Assembly: GCA_017522135.1 (NCBI GenBank)
Contig: JAFXAB010000001.1
Span: forward strand, 1,043-65,042
Direction: 5' to 3'
Origin: Bacteroidaceae bacterium
GTDB taxonomy: Bacteria; Bacteroidota; Bacteroidia; Bacteroidales; Barnesiellaceae_A
Length of the DNA stretch: 64,000 nt
The notes under the pieces were generated by a model, which saw only the letters and a program-made list of their open reading frames with translations, was not told where the DNA came from and made no database searches. Made by a program: the position numbers and the translations under genes. Of this stretch, positions 37,819 through 48,749 are shown one piece after another; within the stretch, counting starts at the first letter, position 1, and every line of letters begins with the position of its first letter.

Positions 37819-38637
37819 ATGTTTTGGTTTGGAAGTAAAAAACAAGATGCGCAACGTCCCTATCACATAGGATTGGCATTGGGAGGTGGAGGTGCACGCG
37901 GATTTGCACACATAGGAGCATTGCGAGCTCTCGAAGAGTATGGCATACGCCCCAATGTAATAGCCGGTACAAGTGCCGGCTCAATAATTGCAGCACTGTA
38001 TGCCGATGGATATGCCCCTCAACACATTATACGATTATTCAGTGAGATAAATGTCAAAGAACTTGTTGATGTAACGATACCGCGCAATGGATTGCTCAAG
38101 TTTGATAAGTTTGTGCATTTTTTAGAAAGGAAACTACACTCAAGACGTATCGAGGACCTGAATACACCCACATATATTGTAGCAACAGACTTTGACAATG
38201 GTAAGAGTGTTGCATTTGACCGAGGCGACTTGGCCATACGCATTGCAGCATCATGCTCCATTCCCATTGTGTTCCCTCCTGTTGAGATAGATGGCATACA
38301 CTATGTCGATGGCGGTGTCATGCGCAACTTGCCGGCAACGCCTATACGCGACTTGTGCGACGTATTGATTGGGGTAAATGTATCGCCTATGCACAACGAC
38401 ACTTATGAGCAAAACCTCCTGTCTATTGCCAACAGAGCCTATAATTTTTTGTCATCGGGCAATGTATTTCCCGATATGGCAAAATGTGACATCTTGATTG
38501 AGAGCGAAGATGTGAGCAATTACAATGTATTTGATATTGACGAACAGGAAAAGATAGAAGCCCTCGGATATCAAACAACAATAGAGGTTTTGCACAATCT
38601 TCCCGACGATAAAAAGAAACTATTAAGTATCCTATAA
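37819..38637 (+). CDS. Patatin-like phospholipase
   Basis: GGGARG, GTSAG, DGG motifs. Confidence 0.92.
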   Translation: MFWFGSKKQDAQRPYHIGLALGGGGARGFAHIGALRALEEYGIRPNVIAGTSAGSIIAALYADGYAPQHIIRLFSEINVKELVDVTIPRNGLLKFDKFVHFLERKLHSRRIEDLNTPTYIVATDFDNGKSVAFDRGDLAIRIAASCSIPIVFPPVEIDGIHYVDGGVMRNLPATPIRDLCDVLIGVNVSPMHNDTYEQNLLSIANRAYNFLSSGNVFPDMAKCDILIESEDVSNYNVFDIDEQEKIEALGYQTTIEVLHNLPDDKKKLLSIL

Positions 38638-38640
38638 AAG

Positions 38641-40347
38641 ATGAAAGAAAAAATCGTTATATATCAAGTCCTTCCACGATTGTTCTCCAATACATGTACC
38701 CACTGCATACCATTCGGCTCTATCGAGCAAAACGGTGTGGGTAAGCTCAATCACTTTACCGATAAAGTACTGCATGAGATAAAGTCGTTGGGAATAACAC
38801 ACGTATGGTATACCGGTGTAATAGAACATGCCACACAGACCGACTATAGTGAGTATGGCATTCCTCCCAACAATCCCTATATAGTAAAAGGCAAAGCAGG
38901 CTCTCCTTATGCAATAAGCGATTACTACGATATAGCACCCGACCTGGCCGAAGATGTATCCAATCGTATGCAAGAGTATGAAGCACTTGTAGCTCGCACC
39001 CACAATGCCGGCATGAAAGTCATTATGGACTTTGTACCCAACCATGTGGCTCGGGAATATTGTTCCGACGCCATGCCCTTGGGCGTCGAACAATTGGGTA
39101 CTCGCGACAACAATGAAAAACAGTTTGACCCGCAAAACAATTTCTATTATATTCCACGACAACGTTTATCGCCACGTTTCTTTATTGGGCAGAATACGGC
39201 AAATGAATACTACGAATTTCCCGCCCGGGCTACCGGTAATGACCGTTTTGATGCCTACCCCGAGAACTATGATTGGTATGAGACAGTAAAGCTAAACTAT
39301 GGCATAGACTATCTCGACCGAGGCAAACAGCACTTCTACCCTATCCCCGACACATGGTACAAGATGCGCGATATATTGTTGTTCTGGTGTAGTAAAGGAG
39401 CTGATGGATTTCGTTGCGATATGGCACACATGGTTCCTGTCGAGTTCTGGCACTGGGCTATATCGCAAGTCAAGCGTGAGTATCCGCACATTATATTTAT
39501 AGCCGAGATTTACGACCCGTCGATATATCGCTCATACATCGAGCACGGGCAATTTGATTACCTATACGACAAGGTAGGCTTGTATGATAAACTTCGTGAC
39601 ATAGAGTGTCATGACATCTCGGCTGCACAACTCTCCTATTGTTGGCAATCGCTCGACGGGCTGTCCGATAATATGCTTAATTTTCTTGAAAATCACGATG
39701 AACAACGATTTGCCTCTATGCAATACGCCGGAGAAGCATTTCGCGTACTGCCATCACTTGTCGTATCGGCCACGATGAGCTGTGCACCCATGATGATATA
39801 CTTTGGGCAGGAATTGGGCGAAAAGGCTCTCGATGCCGAGGGTTTCAGCGGGCGCGATGGTCGTACAACAATATTCGATTATTGGAGCGTACCCTCTGTG
39901 CGTGCCTGGTATAACGAGGGTCGATGCAATACCGACAATCTTACTTCCGAGCAATGTGCCCTGCGTGAAATGTACCAACAAATACTCACGTTGTGTAACA
40001 CCGAGCAGGCTATATCGCAAGGTCGTTTTTTTGACCTGATGTATGTCAACTTCAACAATGGTATGTTCGACCCACACCGTCATTATGCCTATTTGCGATA
40101 TACCCAAGACGAGATATTGCTCATAGCTGTCAACTTTGGCACGCAAAGCAGCAATGTAGCCATTAACATTCCGCAGCTGGCATTGGATATGATGAAAATA
40201 GACTCTGCAGCGTATGAAGCAACCGAATTGCTGAGTGCCGTGCAAGAAACAAAATATCTGCACAGAGCCATACCATTCACAACCACAATTAATGCCAAAG
40301 GTGCTGTGATATGGAAAATAAAAATACCGAAAAAAAACATTCAATAG
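38641..40347 (+). CDS. GH13 alpha-amylase family glycoside hydrolase
   Basis: DFVPNH, DGFRCDMAH, FIAE, ENHDE. Confidence 0.93.
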   Translation: MKEKIVIYQVLPRLFSNTCTHCIPFGSIEQNGVGKLNHFTDKVLHEIKSLGITHVWYTGVIEHATQTDYSEYGIPPNNPYIVKGKAGSPYAISDYYDIAPDLAEDVSNRMQEYEALVARTHNAGMKVIMDFVPNHVAREYCSDAMPLGVEQLGTRDNNEKQFDPQNNFYYIPRQRLSPRFFIGQNTANEYYEFPARATGNDRFDAYPENYDWYETVKLNYGIDYLDRGKQHFYPIPDTWYKMRDILLFWCSKGADGFRCDMAHMVPVEFWHWAISQVKREYPHIIFIAEIYDPSIYRSYIEHGQFDYLYDKVGLYDKLRDIECHDISAAQLSYCWQSLDGLSDNMLNFLENHDEQRFASMQYAGEAFRVLPSLVVSATMSCAPMMIYFGQELGEKALDAEGFSGRDGRTTIFDYWSVPSVRAWYNEGRCNTDNLTSEQCALREMYQQILTLCNTEQAISQGRFFDLMYVNFNNGMFDPHRHYAYLRYTQDEILLIAVNFGTQSSNVAINIPQLALDMMKIDSAAYEATELLSAVQETKYLHRAIPFTTTINAKGAVIWKIKIPKKNIQ

Positions 40348-40440
40348 AGTGCAAAAAAATCAGTTAAATTGTGCAATAAAAACAAACATAGTTTTAACTT
40401 TGCAGAAAATTTTCAACAGCTACAATTTCTTATAATATCT

Positions 40441-41379
40441 ATGGAACAAACAACTCCTTTTAAGGTTTTCTCAGGTACAAATTCTCGCTATCTGGCAGAG
40501 AAAATTTGTAACAGTCTCGGTTGCGATTTGGGACAGATGAAAATTCAACACTTTGCAGATGGTGAGTTTGCAGTATCGTTTGAAGAGTCAATTCGTGGCG
40601 TCGAGGTGTACCTCGTACAATCTACATTCCCCAGCTCGGACAACTTGATGGAACTTCTTCTTATGGTAGATGCCGCCAAACGAGCATCGGCCAAGTCTAT
40701 CAATGCCGTAATCCCATATTTTGGTTGGGCTCGTCAAGATCGTAAGGATAAACCTCGTGTATCTATAGGTGCAAAACTTATAGCCGACCTCTTGAGTGCA
40801 GCCGGTATCGACCGTCTTATTACCATGGACCTTCATGCCGACCAAATTCAAGGTTTCTTTGATGTTCCCGTAGACCACCTATATGCTTCATCGGTATTTA
40901 TTCCCTATATCGAATCGCTCAATCTCGATAACATGGCTATTGCTACCCCCGATGTGGGTGGCTCAAAACGCGCCAGCACCTATGCCAAGTATCTAAACTG
41001 CCCTCTCGTATTGTGTGACAAGAAACGCAACAAGCCCAATGAAGTTGCCGAGATGACAGTTATTGGCGATGTCGAAGGCAAAGACGTCATTCTCATTGAT
41101 GATATGGTAGATACTGCCGGTACAATTACCAAGGCGGCCAATCTGATGATGAGTTGGGGTGCTAAATCGGTACGTGCTATTGCCAGCCACGCAGTAATGA
41201 GCGACCCCGCTTCACAACGTGTGCAAGACTCTCAACTTACCGAAATGATTTTTACCGATAGTATACCCTATACAAAGGATTGTTCTAAGGTTCACATCCT
41301 GTCTATCGCCGACTTGTTTGCCGATACAATACGTCGTGTAAATAGCAACAAGTCTATCTCTTCACAATATCTATTGTAA
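40441..41379 (+). CDS. prs: Ribose-phosphate pyrophosphokinase
   Basis: PYFGWARQDRK, DLHADQIQGFF, IDDMVDTAGT; TAACTTTG box at 40395-40402. Confidence 0.96.
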   Translation: MEQTTPFKVFSGTNSRYLAEKICNSLGCDLGQMKIQHFADGEFAVSFEESIRGVEVYLVQSTFPSSDNLMELLLMVDAAKRASAKSINAVIPYFGWARQDRKDKPRVSIGAKLIADLLSAAGIDRLITMDLHADQIQGFFDVPVDHLYASSVFIPYIESLNLDNMAIATPDVGGSKRASTYAKYLNCPLVLCDKKRNKPNEVAEMTVIGDVEGKDVILIDDMVDTAGTITKAANLMMSWGAKSVRAIASHAVMSDPASQRVQDSQLTEMIFTDSIPYTKDCSKVHILSIADLFADTIRRVNSNKSISSQYLL

Positions 41380-41410
41380 GAAGAGACCTGATTTATGTAT
41401 AATTGATCAT

Positions 41411-41465
41411 ATAAACAACTCTCATTGATACTGCTTTTATGTAGATATCGGTGTGAGTTGTTTAT
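41411..41465 (+). terminator. Long hairpin after prs, probable terminator
   Basis: ATAAACAACTC...GAGTTGTTTAT inverted repeat then T-run. Confidence 0.55.
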
Positions 41466-41511
41466 TTTTAGGCACTTATGAAGTAAATACTCAACAATAA
41501 ATTATGACGCT

Positions 41512-44406
41512 ATGAAAACTACTATGAAACACACAATCGCAATTGTACTGATGACGTTGCTTTGCGTTCCGTTGTTTGCTCAAGTACCACGGTCTATCGA
41601 GCAACTAAGGGGCGATAGTCAATCTATCTTGGAAAACGTTGCAAGACGCAAAACCGACCATCGCCGAGCCTTGAAAGTAGAAAACACCACTCCCAATGCT
41701 CATACGTTTGCATATACATGGGGTACTCTGGAAAATGAGGATGGTACTACATGGTATTATACACAATCTTTTGAGGAGAGAGATTGGTACATAGGCTCGT
41801 CAGAGATTGTTATTTACAACAACAACTTTGAGGAAATGAGCAAGCTCAATGTCGTTATCCCGCAAGAATTGAATGTAAATGATATTGCTCCTGTATATTT
41901 CATCACATCGCAATTCTTTGATACCGATGCAAGCAGCGTAGAGATACCGGTGTTTGTACATGCAGTAGATAATGGTACACAGATAAACAAGGTGTATGTG
42001 TATAATCTCAACGGAGAGAAGGTACAAGAGTATGACTCTCGCTCTATGATATACTTTACAGCAGCCAATGACTACCGTCGAGTGTTGTTGGTAAATGAGA
42101 TAAACGGAGACATGATTATAGACATCATGACTCCGGCCGAAGGCGACGGTGCCCCTACCTCCGAACACCAATTTGTAATAGACCAGGACTTGCTATACTA
42201 TAGCAATGGTCCGGCACTCAGCTACTATGCACTCGAAGGCAATCCATATTATAGCATCGCACACTTTGAGAAACCCTGCATGGATGGCATGGACCCCGAA
42301 ACATTTGTCCCCACACAGGCTCCCGATAACTACTTGGTTGTAAAAACATACAACCAAAATTTTGAGAGAGTCGATTCGCTGAAAATTTCTTTAGATGCAA
42401 CAGACGAAAATGCCACTTACGGATTTGCTTCGCTGGGAATGTTGTCGTACAATGATGTGAGATTGGGCGAATTTACCAATGACAATCAACGCAACTATAT
42501 CATTACCCACTACGAATACTTTGCGCAGAGTGACGAGTTTTCATACCATTTCAAGGTATACGACCAAGAGGGCAACTATGTAAAGACCATTGTCGAGAAC
42601 ACCAGCACATGGTTTGGATTGAGTAATATTGAAGGTTGCGAGGAGCAAATGGCTTTCTTGAAGATGACAACCGATGGCCAGATAATGGAGATGATCGATA
42701 TACCTTCATGTCAGGTAGCCGCAACATTCCCCGCCATCGTAGACGGATACCGCATCTCAACAACCCTCGACCGCTACCCCGTTGGCGAAGATTATCAATA
42801 TGTAATAGGATTGAGCCAAGCCGAAGTAAATGCTGATGGCGATGCCATAGCCCGCATTGGTTGGTACAATCGTGATTGCAGTGTCGATCACTATGCCGAG
42901 TTCAATTTGGGGAAAAATGCCGAAGGTTTTACACCCTACATTGCCAGCTATGTACTCGACCCGTATTTGTTCAACACCGATGGCAAAAGAGAATATTTCT
43001 ACCTGGCAATGAACAAACGCTCCGATAATAGCGAGGTGCTTGACAAAGTTCTATACTTGGCCGACGAAGATGGCAATGTATTGCGCACCATCAAGCCCGA
43101 GGACGGTAATGAAATAGAGTTCTCGAGTGGCGACATCTTTGACTTCTATACCGCCTATCCCAAGATGGTCTTGTCGTTCTACAATGGCGAGAAAGATGCC
43201 TTTGAAATTCAATACTTCAATCTACCCTTCGACTCGTTTACAAGTGGTGGTAATGGCTCGCAAGACGAACCTTATGTGATAACAACACCCGGCGAGCTGG
43301 CTCAAATGCACACCGCATATAATGCAAACTTCATACTTGGCAATGATATAGATATGAGCGAATATCCTCGCCCATACATTGCCCCTACTGAGTTTGGCTC
43401 TACTTTTGACGGTAATAATTATACTATTTCAAACATAGAGCTTAATAATGGTGGTATGTTTGACATGCTACATCATGGAACAGTAAAAAATCTACAACTG
43501 CAATCCCCTACACTAAATATAGGCGATAACAATATCGATATGGGTATAATTGCCAATAGTGCTGTGCAAGTCACAATAGAGAATGTCCACATCTACGATG
43601 CCTATATTTATGGAAACGGTGATAACAGTAATCATGTAGGTGGTATATTGGGTCAGGCATCATATACCGATATCAACGCTGTATCGATGTTGCGTGCCTA
43701 CGATATGTATCAAATCAACAACTTCGGTGGTATAGTAGGCGCGATGGATAATAGCAATATCAATGCCGCTGTTACTACCGGCAGTATAGACTTTGGCAAG
43801 AACTTTGGTGGCATTGCCTCATTCGTTTCATGCAGTAATATCAGCAACGCTCACACCGAGTTTGCCCTGCTATTGCCCCACACATCGGGCGGTATTGTGG
43901 CAACTTTAAATGGAGAAACTTTCGATTCGACCATAAAACACTGCTACTCGACAAGCTTTGCCTATGGCGAGCTGGATGAATTTGATTATCCCACTCATGA
44001 TTATAGGGATATTGTTTACACCAACAATGAAGGTACAATAACCAATTGTGTGGGTGGTGAAGCAATAATGAACGAGGGTCGTCAATTCTTTGAAGAACTC
44101 GGATTTGCCTATGGCTCTACTTACGATGCACCATGGACAGGCGAAGGCCTTCCTATCCTATACTTTGAGAATGATTACCATAGCACTCCTACAATAGAGA
44201 ATGTCGATAATGGCATCGTATTTAATGGATGTACTGTTGAAGTATGCAATGCACAGAGTATAACAATCTACAATATGCAAGGTATGCTTGTGCGCACTGT
44301 CAATGGCTCATCTCTTGATGTCAGCGGCGTAGGAGATGGTATTTATATAGTATCGGCTATTAATGTCCAAGGCGAACATTCTACAAGCAAGATAGCTGTA
44401 CGATAA
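41512..44406 (+). CDS. Large secreted protein with GLUG/ZmpB-like beta-helix and T9SS-type C-terminal domain
   Basis: Signal peptide; GGNGSQDEPYVI..LGNDIDM..FDGNNYTISN; CTD IYNMQG..GIYIV..KIAVR. Confidence 0.8.
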   Translation: MKTTMKHTIAIVLMTLLCVPLFAQVPRSIEQLRGDSQSILENVARRKTDHRRALKVENTTPNAHTFAYTWGTLENEDGTTWYYTQSFEERDWYIGSSEIVIYNNNFEEMSKLNVVIPQELNVNDIAPVYFITSQFFDTDASSVEIPVFVHAVDNGTQINKVYVYNLNGEKVQEYDSRSMIYFTAANDYRRVLLVNEINGDMIIDIMTPAEGDGAPTSEHQFVIDQDLLYYSNGPALSYYALEGNPYYSIAHFEKPCMDGMDPETFVPTQAPDNYLVVKTYNQNFERVDSLKISLDATDENATYGFASLGMLSYNDVRLGEFTNDNQRNYIITHYEYFAQSDEFSYHFKVYDQEGNYVKTIVENTSTWFGLSNIEGCEEQMAFLKMTTDGQIMEMIDIPSCQVAATFPAIVDGYRISTTLDRYPVGEDYQYVIGLSQAEVNADGDAIARIGWYNRDCSVDHYAEFNLGKNAEGFTPYIASYVLDPYLFNTDGKREYFYLAMNKRSDNSEVLDKVLYLADEDGNVLRTIKPEDGNEIEFSSGDIFDFYTAYPKMVLSFYNGEKDAFEIQYFNLPFDSFTSGGNGSQDEPYVITTPGELAQMHTAYNANFILGNDIDMSEYPRPYIAPTEFGSTFDGNNYTISNIELNNGGMFDMLHHGTVKNLQLQSPTLNIGDNNIDMGIIANSAVQVTIENVHIYDAYIYGNGDNSNHVGGILGQASYTDINAVSMLRAYDMYQINNFGGIVGAMDNSNINAAVTTGSIDFGKNFGGIASFVSCSNISNAHTEFALLLPHTSGGIVATLNGETFDSTIKHCYSTSFAYGELDEFDYPTHDYRDIVYTNNEGTITNCVGGEAIMNEGRQFFEELGFAYGSTYDAPWTGEGLPILYFENDYHSTPTIENVDNGIVFNGCTVEVCNAQSITIYNMQGMLVRTVNGSSLDVSGVGDGIYIVSAINVQGEHSTSKIAVR

Positions 44407-44423
44407 AAGAAAAATAAATTGAT

Positions 44424-44461
44424 AAAAAATCCGGCTTCAATCCCCGAAGCCGGATTTTTTT
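44424..44461 (+). terminator. Rho-independent terminator
   Basis: AAAAAATCCGGCTTC..GAAGCCGGATTTTTT. Confidence 0.9.
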
Positions 44462-44537
44462 GTTACATTTGTCATAAATACAAATATCTATTGTGTTGCA
44501 AAGAAAATTTTACTGACACCTAAATTGAGTAAATATT

Positions 44538-44699
44538 ATGTCGTGTTTAAGAGTCATCTTATGTATTATCTTTCCACCCCTTGCTGTTATCGATAAGGGT
44601 TGCGGCTCTATTGCCATTGTCACCCTGCTCACCCTGTGTGGTTGGATACCGGGTGTAATAGGAGCATTGGTAATCCTCAACAAAAACGAGAAACAATAG
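44538..44699 (+). CDS. YqaE/Pmp3 family small membrane protein (53 aa), below the ORF-track cutoff
   Basis: Hand-translated MSCLRVILCIIFPPLAV..LLTLCGWIPGVIGAL; TACATTTG box at 44464-44471. Confidence 0.88.
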   Translation: MSCLRVILCIIFPPLAVIDKGCGSIAIVTLLTLCGWIPGVIGALVILNKNEKQ

Positions 44700-44734
44700 C
44701 TATCTATTGATCTATAGGTGTCGTACACCTAAAT

Positions 44735-44776
44735 AAGTGAGGCGGTTGCATTAAGGATGATGCAACCGCCTCGCTT
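44735..44776. terminator. Terminator hairpin between convergent genes
   Basis: GAGGCGGTTGCAT..ATGCAACCGCCTC. Confidence 0.8.
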
Positions 44777-44797
44777 TATGATATCGATAATGCTATC

Positions 44798-46072
44798 TTA
44801 GAAACCCATCTCCATTTCAATGAGTTTGAGATTTTTAGCATCGTTGAGGTTGTAGTAGATGGTACGGAGTGCTACCATATGATCACGCTCGTTGGGGTCG
44901 AGTTGGTGAGCTTTCTCAAGGTAGGGCAATGCTTTACGATAGAGAGGAAGCACCTCAGCCTCCTTGGCGGCATTGAACTCAGTTGTATTAGTAATCTTCT
45001 CGCTCAATTCCAAATCCTTTCCAACACCTTGATTATAGTATACACGTCCTATATTACCTATTGCAAGAGCAAAGTTGGGGTTCATGTCGATAGCTTTCTT
45101 GAAGCAGTCGATAGCACCATCAATATCGCCCTGAGCCTCAAGGAGTTGACCTTTGACATTCCACAACTCGGGGTTTTCGGGGTCATTGGCAACCACTTCA
45201 TTAAGAAAATTGACAGCCTTCTCATATTCATTGGCTGCAATGTAGAGGTTGATGAGGCGAATGCTGTAGTAGTTCTCCTTTTGAGTGAAAGTTGTACCGT
45301 CGGGGCGAGTGGCAACAACATCGAGGTTTGAGAAGAGCTCGTTACCTTCATTCAAGATAGAAACGAGGTTGGCGGTATCTTGTGCAATTTCATATTGACC
45401 TACAATAAATTTGTAGACATTGTTTTGCTCATAACCGTTACCCTTAGCACGGAGCAAAGCCTTCAAAGTCAAGTCTCTGTCGCCCGTGTTGAGAGCAGCC
45501 AACGCAGCATTGTACTCAAGCATGGCATAGATAGAGTCGGCAGGCATTTGCTTGGCCATGCTTGCCATGAAAGGAAGGTCGCGAATTTCAATAAAAATGT
45601 TCCACATCTCATAGGCTTTCATGTACTCTTGTGCATTGAAGTAGCGTACACCGGCATTGATATAACCGTCAGAGTTGGCCAACAAGTCTTTTTGGATGTT
45701 TTTGATATATTTGGGTTTTACTTTACCCTTGGCGTTGGGGAGAGTGTCGAGAGCCACTGCCTTACGATAGTATTTGTATCCATTTTCAAGGGCAAGATCC
45801 ATCTCGGCTTCCTTAACTGCCATACCAAATTGAGCTTGCTCGTTTTCTTTCTCAAAGAAACGTTGTTCGATGTTACCTGCAACATACCAAGCCTTTACAT
45901 CCTCGGCCGACTCGCCTGCAAGTGCCTCTTGAATAGTATTGCGAGCTGCCTTGAAATCGGGTTTTTCAGCCTTTTTAGCCAAGCTCCATGCTTGTTCTAC
46001 CAATGCTTTTTGACCAAACGAAAGAGTTGCTGAGAGAAGCAACAATGAAGCTGTCAATAATGTTTTTTTCAT
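44798..46072 (-). CDS. Exported TPR protein downstream of gyrA
   Basis: Signal peptide and several TPR motifs. Confidence 0.88.
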   Translation of the reverse strand: MKKTLLTASLLLLSATLSFGQKALVEQAWSLAKKAEKPDFKAARNTIQEALAGESAEDVKAWYVAGNIEQRFFEKENEQAQFGMAVKEAEMDLALENGYKYYRKAVALDTLPNAKGKVKPKYIKNIQKDLLANSDGYINAGVRYFNAQEYMKAYEMWNIFIEIRDLPFMASMAKQMPADSIYAMLEYNAALAALNTGDRDLTLKALLRAKGNGYEQNNVYKFIVGQYEIAQDTANLVSILNEGNELFSNLDVVATRPDGTTFTQKENYYSIRLINLYIAANEYEKAVNFLNEVVANDPENPELWNVKGQLLEAQGDIDGAIDCFKKAIDMNPNFALAIGNIGRVYYNQGVGKDLELSEKITNTTEFNAAKEAEVLPLYRKALPYLEKAHQLDPNERDHMVALRTIYYNLNDAKNLKLIEMEMGF

Positions 46073-46110
46073 AATTTTTGTTGTTATGGTTTTTTATAAT
46101 GTTTAGACTT

Positions 46111-48654
46111 TTATTCATTAGAGAGGTTTAAATTCTCTTGCGAAGATGTTATATCTTCGTTATTTTCGGGGGATGAAGAATCGGCAGTCTCTTCTGCGAC
46201 ATCTTCCGTAGCCGAGAGTACCTTACATACCGAGGCAATCTCATCGTTGCGTTTTTCGAGGTTGATGATGCGCACACCCTGTGTGGCACGTCCCATCACA
46301 CGCACATCGGCAACTTTCATGCGCAGGGTTATACCCGACTTGTTGATGATTACCAAGTCGTTCTCGTCAGTTACGTTTTTGATAGCTACTACTTTACCTG
46401 TCTTTTCGGTTATCTTCATGGTTGCAACACCTTTACCACCACGATTGGTTATGCGGTAGTCTTCGGCAATAGAACGCTTACCATAACCTTGCTCCGATAT
46501 AACCATGACAGTCTCTTCTTGGAAGTTCTTGACAACAATCATACCTACAGCGGCATCTTGTCCGTCTTCATCGAGTCTGATACCACGCACACCGGTTGCT
46601 ACGCGACCCATCTCGCGCACAGTGCTCTCGTGGAAGGTAATGGCACGACCGTTGCGGTTGGCAATAACAAGGTGGCAGTTGCCATCTGTGAGGCGTACGT
46701 CGATGAGTTGGTCGCCTTCGAGGATGTTGATGGCATTGACACCATTCTGACGAGGACGTGAATATGCTTCGAGTTTGGTTTTCTTAATGATACCATTACG
46801 TGTACAGAATACAAGATTGTGTGTAGTGTTATACTCGGGGTCTTGCAATTGTTTTACACGTATAAAGGCATTGACTTTGTCGTCCGACTCGATGTTGAGC
46901 ATATTTTGTATAGCACGACCCTTCGAGTTTTTGGCACCTTCGGGTATTTCGTATACCTTGAGCCAATAGCAACGTCCCTTTTGTGTAAAGAAGAGCATAT
47001 AGTTGTGCATAGAAGCCGGATAGATATACTCGATGAAGTCTTCGTCGCGAGTATCGCTACCCTTAGCACCTACTCCACCTCTGTTTTGTGCACGGAACTC
47101 TGTGAGAGGTGTACGCTTGATATATCCCATGTGCGATATGGTGATAATCATCTCATCGTCGGCATAGAAATCCTCGGCGTTAAACTCCTCACTTGCATAC
47201 ACAATATCGGTACGACGCTCGTCGCCATATTTCTCTTTTATCTCGTTCAACTCATCTTTGATGACTTGCATACACACCTCGTTGTTGGAGAGAATCTCTT
47301 TAAATCGACGTATGGCTTCTTCTACTTGTTGGAACTCGGCATGCAACTTGTCTTGTTCAAGACCGGTAAGTTGACGCAAGCGCATCTCGACAATTGCGGC
47401 GGCTTGCTTGTCGCTGAGAGCAAAACGCTCCATCAATCGGTTGCGTGCTTGCTCGCCATTTTGCGATGAACGTATTATGGCAATAACTTCGTCGATATTG
47501 TCGCTGGCAATAATCAAGCCTTCAAGTATATGTGCTCGCTCTTCGGCCTTCTCAAGATCATACTGAGTGCGACGTATTACAACCTCGTGACGATGGTCGA
47601 TGAATGCTTGCAACAGTTGCTTGAGGTTGAGCAATTGCGGACGGCCATTGACAAGGGCTATGTTGTTGACGCTGAATGATGATTGCAAAGCCGTCATCTT
47701 ATAGAGCTTGTTGAGCACCACGCTGGCATTTGAATCGCGCTTGATGTCGATAACAATGCGCATACCGCTACGGTCGCTCTCGTCATTGATGTTTGATATA
47801 CCATCAAGGCGTTTTTCCTCAACAAGGTCGGCAATGTTTTTGATAAGCTCGGCTTTGTTTACACCATAAGGTATCTCATTTACAATAATCGACTCGCGGT
47901 TGCCATCGCTTTCAATCTCGGCTTTGGCACGTACGATGATGCGGCCACGACCTGTTTCAAAAGCATCTTTTACACCCGAATAGCCATAAATGGTGGCACC
48001 GGTTGGGAAATCGGGAGCTTTCACGTATTGCATCAAGTCGGCAACTTCGGCCTCGGGGTTGTCAATAAGAGCTATAGAAGCATCTATACATTCCGAGAGG
48101 TTGTGTGGAGGCATATTTGTAGCCATACCTACAGCTATACCCGATGCACCGTTTACCAACAATTGAGGTATGCGTGTGGGTAGGACTGTGGGTTCTTCGA
48201 GTGTATTATCGAAGTTGGGCGAAAAATCGACAGTGCGCTTGTTGATATCGGCAAGCATCTCCTCGGCAATGCGAGAGAGGCGCGCCTCGGTATAACGCAT
48301 TGCGGCAGGTGAGTCTCCATCGATAGAACCAAAGTTGCCTTGACCATCGACCATACAATAGCGCAATGACCAATCTTGAGCCATACGAGCAAGGGCAAAG
48401 TATACCGATGAGTCTCCATGAGGGTGATACTTACCGAGTACCTCACCGACTATACGTGCACATTTCTTGTAGGGTTGGTTATGTGTATTGTTGAGACGTT
48501 CCATTCCGTACAGAATACGACGGTGTACAGGTTTAAGACCATCTCTTACATCGGGCAAGGCTCGAGCAACGATTACCGACATCGAATAGTCGATATACGA
48601 TGATTGCATCACCTGTTCGATGTTTACTTTCTGAATTTTGTCTTGGTCCAGCAT
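46111..48654 (-). CDS. gyrA: DNA gyrase subunit A
   Basis: ARALPDVRDGLKPVHRR, YHPHGDS, AAMRYTE, GyrA box QNRGGVG. Confidence 0.97.
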   Translation of the reverse strand: MLDQDKIQKVNIEQVMQSSYIDYSMSVIVARALPDVRDGLKPVHRRILYGMERLNNTHNQPYKKCARIVGEVLGKYHPHGDSSVYFALARMAQDWSLRYCMVDGQGNFGSIDGDSPAAMRYTEARLSRIAEEMLADINKRTVDFSPNFDNTLEEPTVLPTRIPQLLVNGASGIAVGMATNMPPHNLSECIDASIALIDNPEAEVADLMQYVKAPDFPTGATIYGYSGVKDAFETGRGRIIVRAKAEIESDGNRESIIVNEIPYGVNKAELIKNIADLVEEKRLDGISNINDESDRSGMRIVIDIKRDSNASVVLNKLYKMTALQSSFSVNNIALVNGRPQLLNLKQLLQAFIDHRHEVVIRRTQYDLEKAEERAHILEGLIIASDNIDEVIAIIRSSQNGEQARNRLMERFALSDKQAAAIVEMRLRQLTGLEQDKLHAEFQQVEEAIRRFKEILSNNEVCMQVIKDELNEIKEKYGDERRTDIVYASEEFNAEDFYADDEMIITISHMGYIKRTPLTEFRAQNRGGVGAKGSDTRDEDFIEYIYPASMHNYMLFFTQKGRCYWLKVYEIPEGAKNSKGRAIQNMLNIESDDKVNAFIRVKQLQDPEYNTTHNLVFCTRNGIIKKTKLEAYSRPRQNGVNAINILEGDQLIDVRLTDGNCHLVIANRNGRAITFHESTVREMGRVATGVRGIRLDEDGQDAAVGMIVVKNFQEETVMVISEQGYGKRSIAEDYRITNRGGKGVATMKITEKTGKVVAIKNVTDENDLVIINKSGITLRMKVADVRVMGRATQGVRIINLEKRNDEIASVCKVLSATEDVAEETADSSSPENNEDITSSQENLNLSNE

Positions 48655-48749
48655 ATAATTAGTTTGTTTTCTATTTGTTTTTTCTTTGTTACATACAACC
48701 TATCCTATTGATTTAAGGTATCGCGCGCGTGCGCGTAGGTAATAGCGTA

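Noticed and set aside
44510-44728. Minus-strand 72-aa ORF
   Set aside because: Antisense shadow of the plus-strand YqaE/Pmp3 gene, which has family motifs and a promoter box
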